Assembly: GCA_964505005.1 (NCBI GenBank)
Contig: CAZDFQ010000003.1
Span: 1 to 62,222 of the forward strand
DNA: 62,222 bases
Reading direction: 5' to 3'
Source: an uncultured Candidatus Saccharibacteria bacterium
Lineage (GTDB): Bacteria > Patescibacteriota > Minisyncoccia > UBA6257 > 2-01-FULL-56-20
Shown here: piece after piece, positions 55,382 through 62,222 of the stretch
How the letters are laid out: the number at the start of each line of letters is the position of its first letter
Numbering within the stretch: the first letter of the stretch is position 1
Notes under the pieces: model-generated
What the model was told of the DNA's origin: nothing
What the model saw: only the letters and a program-made list of their open reading frames with translations
Databases searched by the model: none
Translations under genes and position numbers: made by a program

Positions 55382-55477
55382 ATGAAAATCGCCATTATCT
55401 GTTTTAACCTTGGCTGGCAGCTCCATCTTATTTATTCAGAAATGCAGGCGTTAAGGAAATTATCTGCGCTAATTTAA
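55382..55477 (+). pseudogene. Truncated GT4-like N-terminal relic (31 aa)
   Basis: GGAGG RBS; MKIAIICFNLGWQ resembles the starts of the GT4s at 56407 (MKIAIASFNL) and 57645. Confidence 0.5.
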
Positions 55478-55526
55478 TGTTTGGGAATGCGCACTAAAAC
55501 GTAAGAAATTAAAACTTCTTTACAAT

Positions 55527-56384
55527 ATGGTCAATCATTTTCTTATTTTTATAAATGACCTGCATTGTATTTTTATGCAACGGCGCGGCCTCAAGAAGCC
55601 GCTTCGATTGTTATTTACACATATCAAAATAAAATTTAAGCAGAAATCTTGCGAGATTTTTAAAATTCGCTGCAGGCGAGAGAAAGTTATCGGTTTGGAA
55701 ATAACATTTCCCGACTACGGCTGGTTTTCCCATTTATGGAGGGAGATTTTCATACAAGAAAATTACTATTTTGAAAGCGAGAACGATCAACCTCGTATTG
55801 TAGATGTTGGCAGTAATATTGGCGTTAGTGTTTGCTATTTTAAAATTTTATACCCCAACTCTGAGATTTTATGTTTCGAGCCAGACCCGCAGGCTTTTCA
55901 GTGGTTGGCAGAGAATGTAAAACGTAACAATCTCCGTGGCGTTTATTTATATAATGCGGCTGCAGGCACTAGAGATGGTAAGGTTAAGTTTTATCAGGAT
56001 TCTAAGCTCGAAGCGAGCGGCATTAATACAACTAATTCGGAAATGGTAGGCGGGCAAATGTCTGGGATAGAAGTTGAATCTAAAAAGATTTCATCGTTCT
56101 TAAACAAGGAAATAAGCTTGTTGAAAATCGACGCGGAAGGAGCAGAATATGATATTTTTCAAGATATAAATAGTTCTTTATCAAAGGTGCGACGAATTTT
56201 TCTTGAGGTTCATCAAAGCAGTGGTTCCGGAAACAACAAAGTCTCTTTTATTTTGGATATCTTAGAGAACAATGGTTTTCATTACGCAATTACAAAGTCA
56301 TTTTTATCGCACCATGAGTTTATTGCCGACCCCCTACGCTCATCTGTGGTTATGATCGATGCCACGCGAGTTCCGGCTAAGTAA
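55527..56384 (+). CDS. FkbM-family methyltransferase
   Basis: IVDVGSNIG, FEPDP, LKIDAEGAE; AT-rich. Confidence 0.9.
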   Translation: MVNHFLIFINDLHCIFMQRRGLKKPLRLLFTHIKIKFKQKSCEIFKIRCRREKVIGLEITFPDYGWFSHLWREIFIQENYYFESENDQPRIVDVGSNIGVSVCYFKILYPNSEILCFEPDPQAFQWLAENVKRNNLRGVYLYNAAAGTRDGKVKFYQDSKLEASGINTTNSEMVGGQMSGIEVESKKISSFLNKEISLLKIDAEGAEYDIFQDINSSLSKVRRIFLEVHQSSGSGNNKVSFILDILENNGFHYAITKSFLSHHEFIADPLRSSVVMIDATRVPAK

Positions 56385-56406
56385 GTAAATAACCGTAGCT
56401 GATACA

Positions 56407-57639
56407 ATGAAAATAGCTATTGCATCATTCAATTTAGAAGTTCCCGCCGGCGGGAATGTTCTACTTTTCTCTATGGCACAAGTTTTGCAACGGCTGGGCC
56501 ATAAGGTTTCAATTTTTGCTCCGCTGGTCGATAGAAGCATTTTTCCAGAATTACAGAAAGATTTGGATATAAGGCAAGTTGCATGTAAACGGGGCCTTGA
56601 TTGGGGAGTAAATCCACCCGGCCTTTTAGCAAGAGTTAGACGGAAAATTAATCAAGAGCGGCTTCAAGTCGAAACGGCCAGAAAGATGGCTGCTGTTTTG
56701 CGAAGTACAAAATTAGATGTTTTGATTCTCGGAGATTTTGCTTACCGGGTTTGCCGTTTTTATAAAAAAAATGCCAGAAGCAGTGATATCGCCAGGGTCT
56801 TATGGATTATGAATGAGCCGCCGTATCAATATCTTCCAAAAGAAAGTCTTTTTTATGACTTTGCAAGCCATTTATACAACATTTGGAAAGATTTGAGCGC
56901 GAGAAAATATTTCTATTCTATAGACGGCGTTGCTGTTCTGGTCAACCGTTACAAAGCGTGGGCAGATGAGCGCGGTCTGCGAGCAACAGTTATAAGGAGC
57001 GGTTTGGATTTTAAAAAATTTTATTCTCCACTGAGAGATATACGCAATAAAAAAAAGTTTGAAATTTTGAGCATCGGCGCACTCAACCGCTATAGACGTT
57101 TTGAGGACACTGTGCGGGCTGCGAAAATTTTACGCGGAAAGGGGGTTGACACGCGTGTGCGGATTATTGCTAAAAATATTTGGCGGGAGAATGAATATCA
57201 GAAAGAACTTACTGATTTCGTGAATCAGGAAAAGATGAGCGATTTTGTCGAGTTGAATTTTGAAGGCGTCTCCGAAACAGAGCTGCCCAAAACTTATTCA
57301 GCCGCTGATTTTTTCGTTCTGCCGATGCATCTGCCAGCGCCCCGGAGCGGCTACGGCTGGCAAATGGTCGGTTTTGAAGCCATGGCCGCTGGCCGGCCGA
57401 CAATTATTTGTCGGACGCTTGATGTCAGCGAGGTACTGGTGGACGGCGAAACCGCCGCGCTGGTCGACCCGGGAAAGCCGGAGCAAATCGCCGCCGCGAT
57501 TGAGAAAATGATGTCCAGCCCGGATTTCTATGTTAGAATTGCCGAGAAAGGGCAGAAATTCGTCCGGGAAAACCTGTCTTGGGATAAATACGCCCAGGAA
57601 CTCCTTTCTTTTTCAGACGAAATTGGCTCTAAAAAATAA
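56407..57639 (+). CDS. Glycosyltransferase family 4
   Basis: MKIAI N-terminus; EAMAAGRP ExxxxG motif; GETAALVDP. Confidence 0.92.
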   Translation: MKIAIASFNLEVPAGGNVLLFSMAQVLQRLGHKVSIFAPLVDRSIFPELQKDLDIRQVACKRGLDWGVNPPGLLARVRRKINQERLQVETARKMAAVLRSTKLDVLILGDFAYRVCRFYKKNARSSDIARVLWIMNEPPYQYLPKESLFYDFASHLYNIWKDLSARKYFYSIDGVAVLVNRYKAWADERGLRATVIRSGLDFKKFYSPLRDIRNKKKFEILSIGALNRYRRFEDTVRAAKILRGKGVDTRVRIIAKNIWRENEYQKELTDFVNQEKMSDFVELNFEGVSETELPKTYSAADFFVLPMHLPAPRSGYGWQMVGFEAMAAGRPTIICRTLDVSEVLVDGETAALVDPGKPEQIAAAIEKMMSSPDFYVRIAEKGQKFVRENLSWDKYAQELLSFSDEIGSKK

Positions 57640-57644
57640 GTTGC

Positions 57645-58862
57645 ATGAAAATTGCGATGATTCGTCTGGACCTGACTTTGGAAAACGGCGACAACCGGAT
57701 GTTCTTTTCCCTTGCTCAAACAATCCGGAAATTAGGACATCAGGTTTCAGTGTACACGGCTCAGTTCGACCAAGATTGTTTTCTTGAATTGAACAAGGGC
57801 TTGGCTATCCGCGTTATTACGCCGAAAAAAAAGTTAGAGCCAATAGTCGAAATATCTTCAGTCAACCCCTTCTTGTTATTGGTTAAAATTTGGGCGCGGC
57901 TGAGAAATAATGCTTTATATGCTGACGCGGCCCAGCGGATAGGACGGCTGATGGAAAAAAATTTCGAGGTGGTACTGGCTCAAAATGACCATTCGTATCA
58001 GCTCGGCCCTGCTTACAAAAAATTTTCTCCGCAGTCGCGCTTTGTCTGGATTATGAACAATGCGCCTTTTTATCATCTGCCGAAAGATAATCTCCTAATT
58101 GATTTTTTAAGCCAAGTTTGGGCTTTTTTTCGAAAGCAAACCGTCAAAAAATACGCGGCCGGCCTTGATTTGATTGTCGTCAATGACCAGGGTCGCCAGG
58201 AAATAGTCCGGAAAGTTTTGGGCCGGCCGGTCAAGCTCTTGAGGATTGCCGTTGATTTCCAAAGTTTTTTTCAGAAAGTCAAAGAAAGGAAGGCCGGCGA
58301 TAAAAAAGTAGTCCTTTTGGGAATGGGGTCTTTGAGCCCAGAGCGGCGGTTCGAAGACATTATAAAAGCCGCCGGCAACCTTCGCCGAGAGGGCTACGAA
58401 GCGCGAGTGGTTTTGGTTTGCAAAGATTTAGCTGGCCAGGGAAATTACCAGAAGATTTTAGTTAAGCTGGCCGAACAGGAAGGCCTGGCTGGTTTTACCG
58501 ATTTCCGTTTTGAAGGCGCGACCGAGGAGGAATTGAGGCAGCTTCAGCAGCGGAGCGACATTTTCATTTTTCCCAGCCGCATTGACATCTGGGGCATGGC
58601 CGCTTTTGAAGCCATGGCCGCCGGTTTGCCGCTCATTGCTTCCCGGGTCACCAGCGTTGCCGAGGTGCTTAAAGAAGGAGAAGAAGCGCTTTTTGTCGAA
58701 CCGGCCCAGCCGGCGGCGCTGGCCGAAAAAATCAAGGAACTCATCAATCAGCCGAAGTTCTATAAAAAAATCGCTTTGGCTGGCCAGGAGTTTGTCAAAG
58801 TTAATTTAAGCTGGGAGAAATACGCCAGGGAACTTCTTTCGGCCGTTGAAAAACTCCAATGA
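57645..58862 (+). CDS. Glycosyltransferase family 4
   Basis: FIFPS…WGMAAFEAMAAGLP. Confidence 0.92.
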   Translation: MKIAMIRLDLTLENGDNRMFFSLAQTIRKLGHQVSVYTAQFDQDCFLELNKGLAIRVITPKKKLEPIVEISSVNPFLLLVKIWARLRNNALYADAAQRIGRLMEKNFEVVLAQNDHSYQLGPAYKKFSPQSRFVWIMNNAPFYHLPKDNLLIDFLSQVWAFFRKQTVKKYAAGLDLIVVNDQGRQEIVRKVLGRPVKLLRIAVDFQSFFQKVKERKAGDKKVVLLGMGSLSPERRFEDIIKAAGNLRREGYEARVVLVCKDLAGQGNYQKILVKLAEQEGLAGFTDFRFEGATEEELRQLQQRSDIFIFPSRIDIWGMAAFEAMAAGLPLIASRVTSVAEVLKEGEEALFVEPAQPAALAEKIKELINQPKFYKKIALAGQEFVKVNLSWEKYARELLSAVEKLQ

Positions 58863-59899
58863 AAATAATTTATTCAGGCCTCCGGGCCGAAAATTATAAT
58901 CCCCAGCGCCAGCCGAGCTTTGAATACAGTAATTTCTACTTGACTCTGAAAGATAGACCCGGGATGGAGGTGATTGAATTTCCTTATGACCAGATTGTCA
59001 AAATCGGCAGGAAAAAATTTAACGAAGAATTGTTAGGTCTGGTTAAGAAAGAAAAACCAGATTTGTTTTTTGCTTTTATGTTCACCGACGAGCTGGATTT
59101 CTGGACGCTTGAGGAGATTAAAAGAATAACCACCAGCTTGGCTTGGTTCGCTGATGACCACTGGCGGCTATGGAATTACTCGCGCCATTATTTGCCGCAT
59201 TTTTCTTGGAGTATAACCACTTGGTCGAAAGCACCGGGAATTTACGCCCGCTATGGAATAAGAAATATTATTCGTTCGCAGTGGGCCTGCAATCCCAAAT
59301 TGTGGAAACCGGTTCCAGTAGAACAAGACATCGATGTTTCCTTTGTCGGACAGCGGAATTCCGCTCGGCAAAAAATCGTTGATGGACTACGACAAAAAGG
59401 AATTGATGTCTGGGTCCATGGCTGGGGCTGGCCCAGGGGGCGGCTTTCCCGGGAAGAAGTGGTCGAAACCTTATCAAGGAGCAAAATTAACCTTAATTTC
59501 AATACTCCACTGCCGCTTTTTTCTAAAAATAGCCTAGGAAGAATTTTATTCAGGCGCTCAGTAAATCGCCTTGTTCTGGATTTTCGCTTGATAGATAATT
59601 TCCATTCTTGGCTCGGGATGCGGACGCCGCAGATTAAGGCGCGGCCCTTCGAGATTATCGGCTGCCGGACTTTTCTGATTTCCGGTTACGCCGATGACAT
59701 GAAAAGATACTATGAAGACGGCAAAGAAATCGTTTATTATGACGGGACAATTGACGATTTGGCGGAAAAAATAAAGTACTATTTATCGGCCAGAGAAGAA
59801 AGAGAACGTTTGGCTCAAGCCGGTTACAAGCGGACTCTGGCCGAGCACACCTACGAAAAAAGGTTCGATGAGATTTTCAGAAAAATTGGAATCAGCTGA
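58859..59899 (+). CDS. Glycosyltransferase (CgeB/Glyco_trans_1_2-like)
   Basis: IDVSFVG, SKINLN, IKARPFE, EHTYEKR. Confidence 0.85.
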   Translation: MKIIYSGLRAENYNPQRQPSFEYSNFYLTLKDRPGMEVIEFPYDQIVKIGRKKFNEELLGLVKKEKPDLFFAFMFTDELDFWTLEEIKRITTSLAWFADDHWRLWNYSRHYLPHFSWSITTWSKAPGIYARYGIRNIIRSQWACNPKLWKPVPVEQDIDVSFVGQRNSARQKIVDGLRQKGIDVWVHGWGWPRGRLSREEVVETLSRSKINLNFNTPLPLFSKNSLGRILFRRSVNRLVLDFRLIDNFHSWLGMRTPQIKARPFEIIGCRTFLISGYADDMKRYYEDGKEIVYYDGTIDDLAEKIKYYLSAREERERLAQAGYKRTLAEHTYEKRFDEIFRKIGIS

Positions 59900-59980
59900 A
59901 AGTCATCTAATAAATTTTACAGATTCGCATCATTAGTATAATTCGTAGATTTGCATCGCTACCAAGCCGCCTTGTATCGA

Positions 59981-60018
59981 CCCGCCCGCCTGAGTTGCTC
60001 AGGCAAGTCGGGCGCGGT
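59981..60018. repeat. 38-bp palindromic repeat (empty copy)
   Basis: cccgcccgcctgagttgctcaggcaagtcgggcgcggt; equals 20301-20376 without its insert. Confidence 0.9.
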
Positions 60019-60074
60019 GCCAATATACAAATGATGCTAATTATACGAATGACCGGTTAATAAGATAACTCTCT

Positions 60075-60794
60075 ATGACTATTTTCCCGGAAATTTACAA
60101 ATCAATCTCGAAGCTCTATCGTTACGACACCGTCAAACGTCTGAAGTCGAAATTGAGACCCCTAAAGCACGCTCTTTTCGGCAAAAGCGGAATTTACCAG
60201 GCCCTTGATATTGTAAAAGACCTGAAAGCTAAAGAAGGCGGGCAGGTGCTGACGGTTTTCGATGTCGGCGCGGCGGTTGGCGATACCACTGAGACTTTTT
60301 TAATCTCCTTCCCTCAAGCGACGGTTTATTGTTTTGAGCCTCTGCCTTCTTCTTATGCCAGGCTTTTGAAACGCTTATCCCGCTACGGGAGCCGCGTTAA
60401 GAGCTTTAATTTTGCTTTGTTTAATAAAAATAGCGAGGAGGAATTTTATGAAGAGACCGATGCTGACGGTAGTTCTTTTAGTCCGCCATTGAACGATTCT
60501 TCTAATCAGAAGAAAGTCATCAAAGTAACCAGTCGGACTTTGGACAGCGTGGTCAAAGATTTGGGAATAACAAAAATAGATTTTATGAAAATAGACGTCG
60601 AGGGCGCGGAAAAAGAAGTTTTACAAGGAGGTAAAAACACGCTTAAAATCACGGCTAATGTTTTTGTGGAAATTTTGCCCTTGCGCCGTGGGCCTTATTC
60701 CCGAACTTACTTAGACACCCTGGAAATTCTCCACGAGGCCGGTTTTTCCTGGTTAGGTGTTTACGGCGATTTCTTTTTTACAAAACTTTTATGA
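60075..60794 (+). CDS. FkbM-family methyltransferase
   Basis: FDVGAAVG, FEP, MKIDVEGAE. Confidence 0.92.
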   Translation: MTIFPEIYKSISKLYRYDTVKRLKSKLRPLKHALFGKSGIYQALDIVKDLKAKEGGQVLTVFDVGAAVGDTTETFLISFPQATVYCFEPLPSSYARLLKRLSRYGSRVKSFNFALFNKNSEEEFYEETDADGSSFSPPLNDSSNQKKVIKVTSRTLDSVVKDLGITKIDFMKIDVEGAEKEVLQGGKNTLKITANVFVEILPLRRGPYSRTYLDTLEILHEAGFSWLGVYGDFFFTKLL

Positions 60795-60811
60795 AAATAT
60801 ATCTTAGCTTC

Positions 60812-60912
60812 TATCGGTATAAATCAGCTAAAATTAGCATTTATCAGCGTTCTTACTGAGTTCATCGGTTCTTGACGCTGATTTATACTGATACTACTGA
60901 TTTATGCTGATG
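60812..60912. repeat. Fold-back spacer (ATCAGC/GCTGAT family)
   Basis: aaatcagc/tatcagcgt mirrored by acgctgatt/gctgat; same family as 26690-26791. Confidence 0.7.
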
Positions 60913-60915
60913 ACT

Positions 60916-61872
60916 ATGAATAAAAAATCGAAGGTTTCCGTGATTATTCCGGCCTATAACGCCGACCGGTTTGTAAAAGAAGCCGTGGCTTCGGCTTTGG
61001 CGCAAACTTATAAGAAAATAGAGGTCATTGTTATAGACGACGGTTCAACGGATAATACGCGCGCCATTCTGCAGCCGTACCTTGAGACCGATAAGATTAA
61101 ATATATTCATCAAAGTAACAAAGGTTTGGCCGCGGCGCGCAATACCGGCATCAAAAATTCCAGCGGCGAATACATCGCGCTTTTGGACGCTGACGACATT
61201 TTTTTGCCGCTGAAAATAGAAAAACAAATTGATTATTTTGAGAAGCATCCGGAGTGCGATATTTGTTACTGCGATTTATACCACTTTTGGGATGATGAGC
61301 CGGAAAAGCTTTTTAAACTGAACTACCGCTATTATTCCGGGGACGAAGTTTTGCCCAATTTGCTCAAAAAAGATTTTATCGCGCCGCTGACAATGGTCAT
61401 CAGGAAATCCGTTTTTGAAAAGTTCGGCGGTTTTGATGAGAATTTCCGGCGTTCGGAGGACTTGGAATTTTTATTTCGGGTTTTAAGCGCCGGCGTCAAA
61501 ATTTGTTTTTTAAACGATATTTTGGCGAAATTGCGGCTGCGCCGGACAGATAATCTCCAGAGTTTTCAAAGCCAGCCAGAAGTAAAAAGAACGGTCTTGG
61601 CTACCCTAGAGAGATTAGAGAGCCGGCTCAGCCAGGAAGAAATTAAAAAACTGCAGATGGAAAAATATCTAACAATTCAGCGTTTAAAAATCGGTCTGGC
61701 TTATCTGGAAAATGGAAATAAAAAGGAGGCAAGAGAATTTATCCCCGGCGGTCAGCCTCGGGGGTATATTTTGTGGTTTTTAGCCCTTATCCTTCCAGCC
61801 CCTTTATTAGCCAAGCTGATTAGGTATTATCATTTAAGAAAGCAGAAAAGTAATTTGATTCCGGTAAAATAA
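60916..61872 (+). CDS. Glycosyltransferase family 2
   Basis: VSVIIPAYN, IDDGSTD, GLAAARNTG, LLDADD; start moved to the ATG at 60916. Confidence 0.93.
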   Translation: MNKKSKVSVIIPAYNADRFVKEAVASALAQTYKKIEVIVIDDGSTDNTRAILQPYLETDKIKYIHQSNKGLAAARNTGIKNSSGEYIALLDADDIFLPLKIEKQIDYFEKHPECDICYCDLYHFWDDEPEKLFKLNYRYYSGDEVLPNLLKKDFIAPLTMVIRKSVFEKFGGFDENFRRSEDLEFLFRVLSAGVKICFLNDILAKLRLRRTDNLQSFQSQPEVKRTVLATLERLESRLSQEEIKKLQMEKYLTIQRLKIGLAYLENGNKKEAREFIPGGQPRGYILWFLALILPAPLLAKLIRYYHLRKQKSNLIPVK

Positions 61873-61892
61873 GCCCCGTAGGGAACTGCGAG

Positions 61893-62112
61893 CCCCGTAG
61901 GAAATCCGAACAAATGATATTTGAATAAGTTGGTGATTATCTACACGGGAAAGCAGTTTTATGAAGAAGGCGGCGCCAGCTAGGATTTCCTAACGGAGCG
62001 AGAAAATATAAGTATTTTCGAGCTAAAACCAAATCATCTAAACATGAAATTATCTCTAAATATCGCTAAGTCGTTCCGAATATCAACGGAAAATACTTTA
62101 TTTCCTACGGGG
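61893..62112. repeat. 220-bp segment bounded by a 13-bp inverted repeat CCCCGTAGGAAAT/ATTTCCTACGGGG
   Basis: Perfect terminal IR; extra GCCCCGTAGG copy at 61873. Confidence 0.65.
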
Positions 62113-62120
62113 TAAACAAG

Positions 62121-62222
62121 ATGAAAGAAAAAATTTTAATTACTGGCGGCGCGGGCTTCATTGGTAGTCATACTGCTGATGCCTTGGCCAGGCGGGGTTA
62201 CCGAATCCGGATTTTGGATAAT
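62121..62222 (+). CDS. NAD-dependent epimerase/dehydratase (5' partial, cut by the window edge)
   Basis: MKEKILITGGAGFIGSHTADALARRGYRIRILDN. Confidence 0.9.
   Translation, partial: MKEKILITGGAGFIGSHTADALARRGYRIRILDN

Overview
Chromosomal segment that reads like a Patescibacteria/CPR (Parcubacteria-type) bacterium (inference from gene content, AT-rich spacers and intragenic palindromic repeats; standard code, TGA used as stop). (1) 52-4269: an island at the 3' end of the tmRNA gene, carrying a large serine recombinase and five small secreted/regulatory cargo genes. It has three recombination-site-like junctions sharing a CCAC core and two perfect inverted repeats (145 bp and 68 bp). An intact attP-like site sits inverted inside the island, and the recombinase C-terminus would change with orientation; this is the best candidate for an undescribed system. 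(2) 4266-26681: housekeeping genes (ssrA, smpB, Arg T-box + argS, ileS with an inserted histidine-phosphatase domain, trpS, rnj, tRNA-Leu, PGI/PMI, secG, short uvrC, gpmI, rny), plus a TrpR-like gene bracketed by 20-22 bp palindromes that recur upstream of ileS. (3) 26797-62222: a ~35 kb surface-glycan cluster with two O-antigen-ligase-like genes, a free-standing LAGLIDADG gene, gmd with a Thr-initiated LAGLIDADG intein, three fcl-like genes, many SDR epimerases, glycosyltransferases and five methyltransferases. Families of short nested palindromes, heptamer arrays and fold-back spacers occur throughout, often in frame inside essential genes. All product calls come from motif recognition by eye; no database searches were run.
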